A DNA stretch of 20,575 bases from positions 1 through 20,575 of the forward strand of contig CAYWJO010000045.1 of the NCBI GenBank assembly GCA_964458565.1, read 5' to 3'. The stretch is from an uncultured archaeon (GTDB taxonomy: Archaea > Asgardarchaeota > Thorarchaeia > Thorarchaeales > Thorarchaeaceae). The position numbers and the translations under genes were made by a program. The notes under the pieces are model-generated. The model was given only the letters and a program-made list of their open reading frames with translations. It did no database searches and was not told the DNA's origin. This document shows, piece by piece, positions 8,401 to 19,433 of this stretch (positions are counted from its first letter, which is position 1; each line of letters opens with the position of its first letter).

Positions 8401-8809
8401 CATAGGGCTCATTTACTATCAAAAGCTCCATCACATGGTAGCGGACAAGATTCATGCCCGTGCTCGAGGACCAGTCCAGATTCTCACAAGACAACCCACA
8501 GAGGGTCGTGCCAGAGAGGGCGGTCTCCGATTCGGAGAAATGGAACGTGATGTGCTCATTGGTCATGGTGCCGCAATACTTCTGAAAGGCCGACTGCTTG
8601 ATGAGTCTGATAAGAGTACCATGTTGGTATGTGAGGATTGCGGTCTGATAGGTGTTCATGATAGAAACAAGGACCAGTACTACTGTCCAATATGTGGGAC
8701 TGGTGCGAAAATAAGTAGCGTAGTTGTATCATACGCGTTCAAATTATTGATACAAGAAATGATGTCGCTCGGCTTGGCCACCAGGCTACGACTCAAGGAG
8801 ATGATTTAA
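5441..8809 (+). CDS. rpoB: DNA-directed RNA polymerase subunit B (Rpo2), unsplit
   Basis: Motifs GGYFIINGSERV, CPNETPEGPNCGLVKN, GDKYASRHGQKG, KLHHMVADKIHAR, GGLRFGEMERD and a C-terminal Zn finger. ATG at 5441 follows an AAGGTG SD; the upstream ORF extension from 5300 is probably non-coding. Confidence 0.98.
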   Translation: MGSKEKRDRYWPVIESFFDEYGLVGQHLDSFNRFVEEELQQIVESVGELKPKVEGYTVQLGRIEVEPPSVREADGSEHPLFPNEARIRNLTYASKLFLECTPVRKEGTVTTRLETLRIYIGDLPIMLRSKKCLLNDMSREELIKTGEDPKDPGGYFIINGSERVLVTQEDLAPNRILIEEASKSSSFTHIAKVFSTSRGFRAPVTIERKRTGELRVSFPSVPGKIPLAILLKSLGLESDRDIVDVISDDEEIRNELIVTIEQSAPINAARDEEGGSTRDNALDFIGKRVAVGQTKEYRLARAEKVLDRYLLPHIGTEDDDRLQKAYYLGQMVERLLELVLSKRQQDDKDHYANKRLKLSGDLLMSLFRVALYSLTRDIKYQLERTAVRGRKPNIRTAVRADVITQRLKHALATGNWVGGKAGVSQLLDRTNYISSLSHLRRVVSPLSRSQPHFEARDLHSTHWGKICPNETPEGPNCGLVKNIAMMAYISVGTNEDVVERASYKAEVQPIEKIRGKRGMEWADVFLNGRLIGIHGAPQVLVKTIRQKRRAGELDGETNIAYYDDTHEVQINCDAGRVRRPLIVVENGKSRLTDEHLRMVIDGEWNFADLQRNGIVEFIDAEEEENTLIAMYPDEIGKNSTHMEIVPSTILGISAALIPFPERNQSPRNVYMAGMAKQSVGVPASNFKYRTDTRSHFFHYPQIPLVKTRAMDSIGYEERPAGQNFVVAILSYQGYNIEDALIMNKASIERGLGRSTFTRVYESEERKYPGGQEDRFEIPDRSVRGYRASESYRNLGEDGIIETEVEVQGGDVLIGRTSPPRFLEEYSEFEVASPNRRETSVAVRHGESGVVDSVILTETIDGNRLVKVKVRDLRIPELGDKYASRHGQKGVLGYLAPQQDLPFTEDGVVPDLVINPHAIPSRMTIGQILEMIAGKSAGVVGKQQDATPFTGVNEEELFEILKKHGFQHNGRETMYSGITGEKLRTDIFIGLIYYQKLHHMVADKIHARARGPVQILTRQPTEGRAREGGLRFGEMERDVLIGHGAAILLKGRLLDESDKSTMLVCEDCGLIGVHDRNKDQYYCPICGTGAKISSVVVSYAFKLLIQEMMSLGLATRLRLKEMI

Positions 8810-8810
8810 G

Positions 8811-11468
8811 ATGCTCTCCGGACTAACAACTAAACGAATAGATAGTATTGATTTTGGACTTTTGAGCCCCGAAGATGTCCGTAAGATGAGTGTTGCACAG
8901 ATTGTAGTTGCTGACACTTATGATGAGGATGGTTATCCAATTGAATCAGGTATCATGGACCAGCGATTGGGGGTCATCGATCCCGGTCAACGATGCAGGA
9001 CCTGCGGCAATCGTGTCGGGAACTGTCCTGGTCACTTCGGCCACATAGAGCTTGCACGTCCCATTATGCATGCAGGTTATGCGAAGGTCATCCATAAGGT
9101 TCTAAGAGCAATCTGTCGTGATTGCAATCGTATTCTACTTGAAGACGAAGTAATTGAGCATTATAAACGACTTTTCAAACGTTATCCCGATATAGGCCAG
9201 AAGACCGCCAATCTATCAAAAGATATACTCAAACGTGGGGCAAAAGCAAAAACCTGTCCTCACTGTGGCGGTGAGCAGCTCAAGCTAAAATTAGAAAAGC
9301 CAACATCAATCTACGAGGTTGGTGAGGCTGGCTCTGTACGTCTCACACCTATTGATATTCGTGACAGATTGGAGAACGTACTTGATGATGATTACAGACT
9401 TTTGGGCATCGACCCAGTAGCTGCTCGTTTAGAGTGGTCAATTCTTACAGTATTAGCAGTTCCTCCTGTCACTGTACGTCCATCCATCACTCTGGAATCC
9501 GGCGTACGGTCAGAGGATGATCTCTCACACAAACTAATAGACATCATTCGAATCAATCAACGACTTAGAGAAAACCTAGATGCCGGAGCTCCGCAGCTGA
9601 TTGTGGAAGACCTCTGGGAGTTACTCCAATATCATTGCACAACATATTTTGACAATGGTGTATCTGGAATCCCACCAGCTCGCCACAGGTCAGGTAGAGC
9701 ACTAAGAACACTTGCCCAGCGTCTAAAAGGCAAAGAGGGACGATTCAGAAGCAATCTTTCAGGAAAACGTGTAGACTTCTCTGCACGTACTGTAATTTCA
9801 CCAGATCCAAATATCAGCATGAATGAAGTAGGTGTGCCTGAACAAATTGCGAAGATTCTCACTATTCCCCAACGTGTAACTCAGTGGAACCTTGAGGAGA
9901 TGAGAGAACTAGTCATTCGCGGTCCTGAAAGGCATCCCGGTTGTAATTACCTAATCCGATCTGACGGTCGCAGAGTAGACCTTAGATTTGTCAAGGACCG
10001 TTCTATCATTGCAGACACAATCGAGCCAGGCTTTATTGTAGAGCGTCATTTGAGTTCAGGTGACATAGTACTGTTCAACAGGCAGCCCTCCCTCCACAGG
10101 ATGTCTATAATGGCCCATGAGGTCAGAGTCATGCCCTACAGGACATTCAGACTGTGCTTGTACGTTTGTCCTCCCTACAACGCAGACTTTGACGGAGATG
10201 AGATGAACCTCCATGTACCTCAGTCTGAGGAAGCGCGAGCAGAAGCACGAGTATTGATGAGGGTGCAAGAACAGATTCTATCACCACGTTATGGTGGTCC
10301 TATTATTGGAGCGCTACAAGATTACATTTCAGCAGCATTTCTACTTACACGAAAGTCCAGCCTGTACACAATAAATCAAGTAAACCAATTACTTGCTACA
10401 GCAAACTTTGATGGAACACCTCCAGATCCAGCAATCAAAGCACCTGTAGAGCTGTGGACCGGAAAACAGATATTCAGCATGTTCATCCCTGAAGGAATCA
10501 ACATCTCCTTTAAAGCCAATATCTGTAGAAGATGCCAAACTTGCCTCAAAGAGGATTGTCCTTATGATTCATGGGTTGTAGTTCGTAATGGAGAACTACT
10601 TTTCGGTGCTGTAGATGAGAAGGCTTTCGGTGCAGGTGAACCCGACTCACTATTCCATCGAATTATCAAAGAGAAGGGTTCTACTGCTGGAAGAATCTTT
10701 ATGGACTCTGTTGGCAGGCTTCTTGTACGACTCATCACAGATCGTGGATTTTCTATGGGTCTAGATGATGTGACATTACCAAAAGAAGCCTCCAGACGAA
10801 TTGATATCATTCTTGAAGAGGCTGATAAGAAAGTCAACCAGCTTATCGAAACCTATCAACGTGGAGAACTGGATGCAAACCCAGGTCAGACTCTACTAGA
10901 AACCCTTGAGCAACGAATCATGGCTACATTGGCTGAAGCTCGTGACTCCGCTGGTGAGGTTGCAGGAGAGCACCTCGGTTTGGAAAACTCAGCAGTCATT
11001 ATGGCACAGACAGGTGCCCGAGGATCAAGACTGAATCTCTCACAGATGGCAGCCGTGGTAGGGCAACAAGCCGTACGTGGTGAACGTATCAGTCGAGGTT
11101 ATGTTGGTCGAACACTGCCACATTTCGAACGTGGTAACCTTGGAGCTCGTGCACGGGGTTTTGTCACATCAAGTTACAAGAAAGGACTTGATCCCATCGA
11201 ATACTGGTTCCACGCAGCAGGAGGTCGTGAAGGACTTGTAGACACAGCTGTACGTACATCCACATCTGGTTATATGCAGCGAAGGTTGATGACCGCCCTA
11301 CAGGACCTAAAGGTCGAAACTGATAGTACCGTACGAACTGCACCTGGTAGAATTGTACAATTCAAATTTGGCGATGATGGTATAGATCCAAGTAAATCTG
11401 ATCATGGCCGTTCGGTCAATATTGACATTGCTATAGAAAAAGTACTTGGAAAAGGAAAGGCAAAGTAG
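8811..11468 (+). CDS. rpoA1: DNA-directed RNA polymerase subunit A' (Rpo1N)
   Basis: CPGHFGHIELA, LSGKRVDFSARTVI, catalytic YNADFDGDEMN, GGREGLVDTAVRT. Confidence 0.98.
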   Translation: MLSGLTTKRIDSIDFGLLSPEDVRKMSVAQIVVADTYDEDGYPIESGIMDQRLGVIDPGQRCRTCGNRVGNCPGHFGHIELARPIMHAGYAKVIHKVLRAICRDCNRILLEDEVIEHYKRLFKRYPDIGQKTANLSKDILKRGAKAKTCPHCGGEQLKLKLEKPTSIYEVGEAGSVRLTPIDIRDRLENVLDDDYRLLGIDPVAARLEWSILTVLAVPPVTVRPSITLESGVRSEDDLSHKLIDIIRINQRLRENLDAGAPQLIVEDLWELLQYHCTTYFDNGVSGIPPARHRSGRALRTLAQRLKGKEGRFRSNLSGKRVDFSARTVISPDPNISMNEVGVPEQIAKILTIPQRVTQWNLEEMRELVIRGPERHPGCNYLIRSDGRRVDLRFVKDRSIIADTIEPGFIVERHLSSGDIVLFNRQPSLHRMSIMAHEVRVMPYRTFRLCLYVCPPYNADFDGDEMNLHVPQSEEARAEARVLMRVQEQILSPRYGGPIIGALQDYISAAFLLTRKSSLYTINQVNQLLATANFDGTPPDPAIKAPVELWTGKQIFSMFIPEGINISFKANICRRCQTCLKEDCPYDSWVVVRNGELLFGAVDEKAFGAGEPDSLFHRIIKEKGSTAGRIFMDSVGRLLVRLITDRGFSMGLDDVTLPKEASRRIDIILEEADKKVNQLIETYQRGELDANPGQTLLETLEQRIMATLAEARDSAGEVAGEHLGLENSAVIMAQTGARGSRLNLSQMAAVVGQQAVRGERISRGYVGRTLPHFERGNLGARARGFVTSSYKKGLDPIEYWFHAAGGREGLVDTAVRTSTSGYMQRRLMTALQDLKVETDSTVRTAPGRIVQFKFGDDGIDPSKSDHGRSVNIDIAIEKVLGKGKAK

Positions 11469-12665
<1,197 letters not shown>

Positions 12666-12742
12666 GATAATGTAAAATACTCACACGACGATAACATTAA
12701 AACTAGACTGAATTTGAGAGCAAGTTAGCGAGGTCATGACAA

Positions 12743-13036
12743 TTGAGCCTTAACCAACCAATCGCAAGTGCCGTAGCAACGGGGAAATGCCGTATCGGCG
12801 CCGAATCATCCATTGACGCAATAAAGAACGGAGAGGCTAAACTCATCGTAGTTGCAAGAAACTGTCCTGAAGATTATCACGAGGACATCATACATTTTGC
12901 CAAATTAGCAGAAATCAAAGTCCAAGAGTTTGATGGTACATCTTGGGATCTAGGCGAAGTGATTGGGAAACCTTTCATGGTGTCTGCAATTGCTATTATT
13001 GAGCCTGGTGACTCAAAGATTCTCAAGATGGTTTGA
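12743..13036 (+). CDS. rpl30e: 50S ribosomal protein L30e
   Basis: TGKCRIGA, AKLIVVARNCP, DLGEVIGKPFMVS..I.EPGDS; conserved position after rpoA''; TTG start after GAGGT. Confidence 0.95.
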   Translation: MSLNQPIASAVATGKCRIGAESSIDAIKNGEAKLIVVARNCPEDYHEDIIHFAKLAEIKVQEFDGTSWDLGEVIGKPFMVSAIAIIEPGDSKILKMV

Positions 13037-13046
13037 GGCGAATTTC

Positions 13047-13481
13047 TTGACCCCTGTTAGACTCTCAATGGATGATATGCAAATGATTGCCAGATATGAA
13101 CAGATTACTGGCGCTGCAGCTGTTGATGTTGTTATAGATGATGAAGGCAATCGCATCATAATCGTAGTCAGGCAAGGCCAATTAGGAAAGGCAATCGGTC
13201 GCGGTGGGTCAAATGTTAAGGCTGCTTCTGATGCTTTCGGACGGGCGATTGATATTGTAGAGATAGCTGAAACAGTAGAAGAGTTTGTAAAGAATGCCCT
13301 TTCACCAGCACGTGTTGAGAAAGTAAAGATAATTGAGAGTAGAGAGGGGTCTTTAATCGCTTCAGTGACAGTAAAATCAGACGATCGTGGTATCGCAATA
13401 GGTCGTGATGGTCGAAATGTTTCCCGAGCCAGAATACTTGCAAAGAGGCATTTCGATTTGGACAATGTGACCATTGCTTAA
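13047..13481 (+). CDS. nusA: Archaeal NusA (two KH domains)
   Basis: GKAIGRGGSNV and GIAIGRDGRNV KH motifs; conserved synteny; in-frame TTG start at 13047 after GAGG. Confidence 0.93.
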   Translation: MTPVRLSMDDMQMIARYEQITGAAAVDVVIDDEGNRIIIVVRQGQLGKAIGRGGSNVKAASDAFGRAIDIVEIAETVEEFVKNALSPARVEKVKIIESREGSLIASVTVKSDDRGIAIGRDGRNVSRARILAKRHFDLDNVTIA

Positions 13482-13634
13482 AATGGGATGAGTTCCAACT
13501 GCAGGCTTTCATTTACTGTTTTTTCTGCGGCCTTGTCACAAGCCTTTTAAGGTCACAGAAGGCCAATGGCGGTGACCACTCACCCAGAGAACGCCATTCA
13601 TGGTTTCTTGAGTATTACAAGAGAGGAAGAACAA

Positions 13635-14078
13635 TTGACAGGTTCAAAAAGTCCAACCGGCGAGTTTGCAGGACGAGCCCTTAAGAAAAAACGTAGAAAG
13701 TTCCGCTGGAAAAAAGCAGAACACAAGAGGCGTGTCCTGAGTCTCAAGAAGAAGACTGACCCCTTAGAGGGCGCTCCACAGGCTAGAGGTATTGTCCTCG
13801 AAAAGGTTGGTATTGAGTCAAAGCAGCCAAATTCTGCTATCCGAAAGGCAGTGCGTATTCAGCTATCGAAGAATGGAAAACAAATCACTGCATTCATTCC
13901 AGGTGACGGTGGGCTCAAGTATATCGACGAACATGATCAAGTTCTTATCGAAGGTATCGGTGGTGCTATGGGTGGTGCTATGGGCGATCTTCCTGGAGTC
14001 CGATGGCAAGTCTGCAAAGTTAACGGCGTATCATTAGAGTCGCTGATTTATGGTAAAAAGGAGAAACCAATTCGTTAG
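13635..14078 (+). CDS. rps12: 30S ribosomal protein S12 (uS12)
   Basis: [34 protein letters not shown]; in-frame TTG start at 13635 after GAGGA. Confidence 0.97.
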   Translation: MTGSKSPTGEFAGRALKKKRRKFRWKKAEHKRRVLSLKKKTDPLEGAPQARGIVLEKVGIESKQPNSAIRKAVRIQLSKNGKQITAFIPGDGGLKYIDEHDQVLIEGIGGAMGGAMGDLPGVRWQVCKVNGVSLESLIYGKKEKPIR

Positions 14079-14087
14079 GTGGTAGTC

Positions 14088-14738
14088 ATGTCCGAAGAAG
14101 AAACCATTGAACCAGTCGTTGAAGAACTACAGGAACATCTAGCGCCTGACCTATTACTCTTTGGAAAGTGGGATTCAACTGCTGTACAGATAATCGATGT
14201 CGGCATTGCTAGATATATATCCTTAAAGCCAGTACTTATCCCTCACACATCAGGACGCCATGCAGGAAAGAGATTCCACAAGTCATACATACCAATTGTT
14301 GAACGTTTCGTTAACAAGTTAATGAACGCTGGAAGAAGAAAAGACAAGAGGACAAGAACCGGACGGGGTGCAGGTAAAAAGCTCCGTATGATTAGTGTTG
14401 TACGACGAGTCTTTGAGATGATTGACTACCGTACAGGGGTGAATCCCATCCAGATACTTGTCACAGCAATTGAGAATGCTGCTCCAGCAGAAGAAACCAC
14501 ACGAATCTCCTATGGCGGAATGGCATATCCCCGTTCAGTGGATGTTTCACCACAGCGTAGGGTTGACCTCGCACTCAAGTATCTCTCCGTTGGTGCAGTA
14601 CGCAGTTCTCATAAGAATGCTAAATCCTTTGAGGAATGCATTGTGGATGAGCTTCTTCTCGCTTACAAGAATGATCCAGCAAGCTTTGCTATCGCTCGTA
14701 AGGAAGAACGCGAAAGAGTCGCGCGTTCTGCAAGATAA
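14088..14738 (+). CDS. rps7: 30S ribosomal protein S7 (uS7)
   Basis: PHTSGRHA, NPIQILVTAIENAAP, VDVSPQRRVDLAL, KEERERVARSAR; ATG after GGTGG. Confidence 0.97.
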   Translation: MSEEETIEPVVEELQEHLAPDLLLFGKWDSTAVQIIDVGIARYISLKPVLIPHTSGRHAGKRFHKSYIPIVERFVNKLMNAGRRKDKRTRTGRGAGKKLRMISVVRRVFEMIDYRTGVNPIQILVTAIENAAPAEETTRISYGGMAYPRSVDVSPQRRVDLALKYLSVGAVRSSHKNAKSFEECIVDELLLAYKNDPASFAIARKEERERVARSAR

Positions 14739-14874
14739 TTCATTCCCATCCGAACATCAAAGATTCAAGCATATTTTACCGATTTAGGTTATACTAGATT
14801 TAGTAACTATGTTAGGAATGTCTTCATGGACAAACTCTAAGTGAAAACATTGCACAACAGAACTTAGAGAAAAC

Positions 14875-15189
14875 ATGAGTATACCTACAGAGAATCACAA
14901 TGATGAACGTCAGATACCTGCCGAGTATCGTACAGACACTGATCATATTCAGGTTATTCGTGTAGATGTAGGTGAATATATCATCCGTTCAAGAATCAGG
15001 GAGCACAATCCCGAATCTGGAGTCTATTCACAATGGAGTGGATGGAATATAACACATGAATATCTTCAGCTTATTGATGCAATGTGGAAGTTTTCACGAA
15101 TAATAATAGTGAAATCCTCTTCTGATGAATACAGATGGAGTGTTGAGTCTCGAAAGACCTCAGTTGAATTCTCTGAGAAATTACACTAA
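14875..15189 (+). CDS. Hypothetical protein
   Basis: 104-aa ATG ORF filling an intergenic gap; no motif recognised. Confidence 0.45.
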   Translation: MSIPTENHNDERQIPAEYRTDTDHIQVIRVDVGEYIIRSRIREHNPESGVYSQWSGWNITHEYLQLIDAMWKFSRIIIVKSSSDEYRWSVESRKTSVEFSEKLH

Positions 15190-15268
15190 CTCTATACAAT
15201 TGACCATCATACTATACCTTATCTGATAGAACTATTTCTGACTTTCTTGATTATTCGGGGGCTAGTAG

Positions 15269-16204
15269 GTGAATAAGAATACCCTGGCGTGGATTGCAAT
15301 TATTTTTACCACTGCGATATGGGCATCTTCTCTGATAATGGGAAAGATCGTATTTGACACATTGAATGAGATGACCCCTATTATCTTTGTAGCACTCAGA
15401 TATACCATTGCTTGTCCTTTTCTTCTCATTATAGGACTGCAAACAGGGAAAGTTTCTAACAGAACTATAAATCGAAGAACTTGGGGTTTGATAATGCTTG
15501 CAGGTATTACAGGTCCCTTTCTCTCACAGACCTTTCAGTACATAGGACTTGATTTAACCACCGCAAGTGATGCTGTACTTCTACTCAATCTTACTCCTGT
15601 CTTCTCAGTGATTTTAGCTTCACCAATTCTAAACGAGAAAATAACACCCGAGAAGATGATTGGCCTATTACTGGCATTAGTTGGTGCAACATTGATTGTT
15701 ATCAACACAGCTTCAGTTGAAGCTGTATCGACATTCGACAGGTTCTTTGGTAACATAATCATCATTGCATCAACTGCGCTATTTGCAATCAATGGAATAG
15801 CTGGGAAAATATCAGTTCAATCAACAGATTCTGTATCTGTAACGTTATACAGCACACTTACTGCTGTACCATTTCTCTGGATAGCAGCTGCCCTCTTTGA
15901 AGATTTATCGATTCTATTCAATATGAGTATCCTATCTTGGAGTATCATTCTCTGGGTCGGGATTATAAATACTGCATTAGCATTCATCCTATACTATGAA
16001 GCAATGAACTTCATAGAGGCATCGAAATTACAGATAGCACTGAGCCTTATTGCAGTCTGGGGTGTACTAATGTCAGTATTAGTACTGGGTGACTTGGTTT
16101 CACTACTTCAAATCTTGGGAGGTACAATAACAGTCATTGGCGTTGTAATTGCTCAAATATCCCGGAAGAACAAAGCACAGCAAACAGAAATTCCCATTAG
16201 GTAG
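15269..16204 (+). CDS. EamA/DMT family transporter
   Basis: About 10 TM segments with an internal duplication; IWASS...GK, ALRY, QYIGLDLTTAS.A..L.NLTP, ILNEKIT motifs. Confidence 0.92.
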   Translation: MNKNTLAWIAIIFTTAIWASSLIMGKIVFDTLNEMTPIIFVALRYTIACPFLLIIGLQTGKVSNRTINRRTWGLIMLAGITGPFLSQTFQYIGLDLTTASDAVLLLNLTPVFSVILASPILNEKITPEKMIGLLLALVGATLIVINTASVEAVSTFDRFFGNIIIIASTALFAINGIAGKISVQSTDSVSVTLYSTLTAVPFLWIAAALFEDLSILFNMSILSWSIILWVGIINTALAFILYYEAMNFIEASKLQIALSLIAVWGVLMSVLVLGDLVSLLQILGGTITVIGVVIAQISRKNKAQQTEIPIR

Positions 16205-16248
16205 TCCTAAAGAAAGAATTAAGTTATTGCACCTCGCCCCCCATTCAA

Positions 16249-16782
16249 ATGACCGATAAAGTTCTAATTTGTTATGGGTCCAGATACGGATCCACAGCAG
16301 AAGTAGCTGAAACAATGGCTAATGTAGTGAAGAATCTTGGAAAAGATATTGACTTGGTCGATTTGAATAATAGTTCACCTTCTTCCAACATATCTGAATA
16401 TGACCTTGTAGTGATTGGTAGTGGAATTCGTGCAGGACAATGGACAGGCGGACCTATGGACTTCATGAGAAATAATGTAGACGAGCTCAAAAAAAGGAGA
16501 GTTGCATTGTTTGTTGTGTGTGGATATGCGGCTTCTGAAGACAAATGCGATCAAGCACAAATAGATTTCCTTGATAAAATTGCAGAAGAAATAGGTCTAT
16601 CACCAGCATCGACGGGTCTTTTTGGGGGTGTCTTTGACATGAAGAAGTACAATTTTGTTGTTCGAAAACTCGTAAAGAGCATCATTAAGAAACAATTACC
16701 CCCCGGTGAAGAAGTACCTGAGAGAGTTGATTTCAGAGATTGGGATCAGATTACGCAGTGGATATCTGAATTAGTACAATAA
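16249..16782 (+). CDS. Flavodoxin-domain protein (HemG-like)
   Basis: YGSRYGSTAEVA FMN-binding loop, YDLVVIGSGI, C-terminal DFRDWDQI. Confidence 0.88.
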   Translation: MTDKVLICYGSRYGSTAEVAETMANVVKNLGKDIDLVDLNNSSPSSNISEYDLVVIGSGIRAGQWTGGPMDFMRNNVDELKKRRVALFVVCGYAASEDKCDQAQIDFLDKIAEEIGLSPASTGLFGGVFDMKKYNFVVRKLVKSIIKKQLPPGEEVPERVDFRDWDQITQWISELVQ

Positions 16783-16818
16783 TGGATATCAAATTTGTAC
16801 TCCCTATATTCATAATAG

Positions 16819-17184
16819 GTGCTAGATTTGAATTGGGAAAAGCCTTCCGAAGGGCTCTCAATCTTCTTGGCAGGTAAATTGAGTCATATTGACTGTGAAA
16901 AACGGAAAATATTTGGTCAGATAGCCTATTTCATCAATGGTAACATGTTCACGGGTATACATCAATCTAGTCTTTTCTTGCGATTTTCATCAGAAACAAA
17001 GACTGAATTGATGTCAAAACATCGAAACTTAGCTCACTTTGAACCAAAACAAGGTGTAATAATGAAAGAATACATAACAATCCCTATTGATTTGCTGGAG
17101 GATAATCTGTTTCAGGAGCTTCTTACCAAATCGATCAATTATGTATCAAGTCTACCAAAAAAGAAGAAAAAACGAAAGGGCTAA
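16819..17184 (+). CDS. TfoX/Sxy N-terminal-domain family protein
   Basis: RKIFGQIAYFINGNMFTG...LFLR, MKEY..IP, S..YV.SLP.K pattern. Confidence 0.8.
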   Translation: MLDLNWEKPSEGLSIFLAGKLSHIDCEKRKIFGQIAYFINGNMFTGIHQSSLFLRFSSETKTELMSKHRNLAHFEPKQGVIMKEYITIPIDLLEDNLFQELLTKSINYVSSLPKKKKKRKG

Positions 17185-17190
17185 TCAGCT

Positions 17191-17553
17191 CTAATGAGAT
17201 GTAATCTTCTCCAACTCTCCAGTTGATGATGATTCAAGAATCGGAATCACATATGTATGCATGTAGCCCGAATCTTCATCATATGTAACTCTCTTGAGAA
17301 TACACTTCAATCTCTCATCAGATGGTTCTTTCTCTGTTGATCGGGTCAAGAGTATCAATTGCGCACCAGAGTCTGTGATGAAGAGACCTGCAGTCATTAT
17401 TGAATGAGAACTAGCAACTTTCTTGACGCCTTCCATGATTTCATCTGCAATCTTCACTGCCTCTGAATGGATTCCATCTTTCTGTGGAAACTCACGGGTA
17501 TCATAGACAATATATCCTGAGTCATTCGGACCTAGTTCTGCTTCCATGTCCAT
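17191..17553 (-). CDS. Hypothetical protein
   Basis: 120-aa ORF converging on the TfoX-like gene; start could be 17553 or 17547. Confidence 0.65.
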   Translation of the reverse strand: MDMEAELGPNDSGYIVYDTREFPQKDGIHSEAVKIADEIMEGVKKVASSHSIMTAGLFITDSGAQLILLTRSTEKEPSDERLKCILKRVTYDEDSGYMHTYVIPILESSSTGELEKITSH

Positions 17554-17688
17554 AAGTATGGTCGATTGGATATAAGCTCCCTACCTAATTTTCCTGTGTT
17601 ATCAAATGCGTTCATTACGGTGAACGACCTTCTTAATAGTAAAATTGAGCATCTTTGTGTTAGAGTACTAAATCTAGGATTGAAGAAG

Positions 17689-18747
17689 ATGAATAATGAA
17701 AGTGAATCCTATGAATACAAATTGATACCTGAAATGCTGGTAGCAAGTGTTAGAAAGCCTATCAAAAAGAGAGTTGAACTCAAAGAATATTATCAATTCT
17801 TGAGGGAAACGTGTGGAGATGTGATATGTGGTGATGCTATAATGCTTCTACATTATGATACAATGGTCAAGGATGGTCTTGATGTTGAGGTAGCTTATCC
17901 CATCTCAAATACTGTAGAAATAGAGGGGATAGAATGCAAGATACTAAAATCGGTATACGCCTTCACAACAACCCACGTAGGCTCCTATGAAGGACTAGGA
18001 CCTGTAACTACTGAACTACACAAATTTCGTTCCTCTAGAGGTCTACCAAGTGGATTGAGTCCGAGAGAAGTATACCTTACAGGTCCGTTCATGGAAAATC
18101 CAGAGGATAATATTACAGAGATACAAGTCACTGTCCATGATTGGGAATCCAGATTTCATAATGGCATTAAACAGGTATTAGGTTCTGAGAGATATGGAGC
18201 GATAACAAGCGAGCTTCAAGATATGAGCGAATTCACTTCTTCTAGCGAACGAGGTAAAAAACTTACTTCAGTCTTTAAGAAATTGGATTACGAAGCAACA
18301 GAGGCGCAGAAATATGAGATCATCTCTGGTTGTGCTCACATTCGTCCACTCGAAGAGGTTTCACACTGGAAGCACATCTATGAACAGACAAATGACATTG
18401 ATGAGATGCTGCGATTCTATGCTGAGAGCCAGCAATTCATCGAAAAGCCATATAGAGTGGGCAATATAATCTATACCAGCAAACCTCCTGCAGATCCTGA
18501 GGCTTATGCAAATGCGGAAACACAGGAAGACAAGATTAGGGCAGCATGTTTCTGCCCTCTAATCCATTCCACACTAGATGAAATGCCAAGGTCCTACTGC
18601 TATTGTGGGGCAGGATGGGCTCGTCAGTTGTTTGAGCCTATTATTGGAGTACCTTTGGAGATTGATATTGTTGAAACCGTGATTGATGGTGGGGATATCT
18701 GCAAATTTGCAGTCCATTTACCAGATGGATTCTTTGATGAGGTCTAG
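17689..18747 (+). CDS. GyrI-like small-molecule-binding domain fused to a Cys-rich (DUF6144-like) domain
   Basis: DVEVAYPI, HVGSYEGL, PREVYL.GP, ITEIQ (GyrI-like); CAH...CFCP...YCYCGAGW...GGDICKF at the C-terminus. In-frame ATG at 17689 preferred. Confidence 0.75.
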   Translation: MNNESESYEYKLIPEMLVASVRKPIKKRVELKEYYQFLRETCGDVICGDAIMLLHYDTMVKDGLDVEVAYPISNTVEIEGIECKILKSVYAFTTTHVGSYEGLGPVTTELHKFRSSRGLPSGLSPREVYLTGPFMENPEDNITEIQVTVHDWESRFHNGIKQVLGSERYGAITSELQDMSEFTSSSERGKKLTSVFKKLDYEATEAQKYEIISGCAHIRPLEEVSHWKHIYEQTNDIDEMLRFYAESQQFIEKPYRVGNIIYTSKPPADPEAYANAETQEDKIRAACFCPLIHSTLDEMPRSYCYCGAGWARQLFEPIIGVPLEIDIVETVIDGGDICKFAVHLPDGFFDEV

Positions 18748-18866
18748 ACTTCCAAAAAAAGTGGTATAAACCATATTTTGACTAGCTCAATTAGAAACAC
18801 CAGAATGGGCCACACCTATATATGATTTGATAATCATGACACTAAGCGTGTATAGGACGAGATAAA

Positions 18867-19391
18867 ATGCGGGTCACATTATATCGACACCCCAAGACCA
18901 TAGAAGAGTGGTTGTACAAAGACGAAGCCCTTAGGATGACATCAATTTCCATAGGCGGTTTGATTGGACTCTTCTCTACTCAATTCCTCATAACCCAATC
19001 GAATTACTTTGGGGTGCTAATCGAGTTTTTCATTATTCTGTTGTTATCGCTACTTGCTGATAGAATCGTAACCGAGGACGAAAATCTTCCAGACCGCATC
19101 AGAGATGCATGCATTAAATCAGGTTGTGACAAGACGTTTACAAACTGGTCACTAAGAAAACTGACTACACCTAAAGAGAAAATACTGAAGTATTCGAGCC
19201 TTGGTGCAGCTGCTGGAATCACATCAGGAATTTTCCTAATCTCTCTTGATGTACTTGGGTTTAACTTTCCCCTACTCATGCTTTCTATTCTGACTATATT
19301 TTTCGTGTGTTTCATAGTTGTTTCTTTTGTACAGTTAGATGAAGAGTGTGAACTGATACCGGAAGAGATTGAAGAAGGCATAGTTGAATAG
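18867..19391 (+). CDS. Hypothetical membrane protein (about 4 TM)
   Basis: Two hydrophobic hairpins and an acidic tail. Confidence 0.65.
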   Translation: MRVTLYRHPKTIEEWLYKDEALRMTSISIGGLIGLFSTQFLITQSNYFGVLIEFFIILLLSLLADRIVTEDENLPDRIRDACIKSGCDKTFTNWSLRKLTTPKEKILKYSSLGAAAGITSGIFLISLDVLGFNFPLLMLSILTIFFVCFIVVSFVQLDEECELIPEEIEEGIVE

Positions 19392-19433
19392 TCGAATAAG
19401 TACTCATTACTATGTGATGAAACACGGACCACC

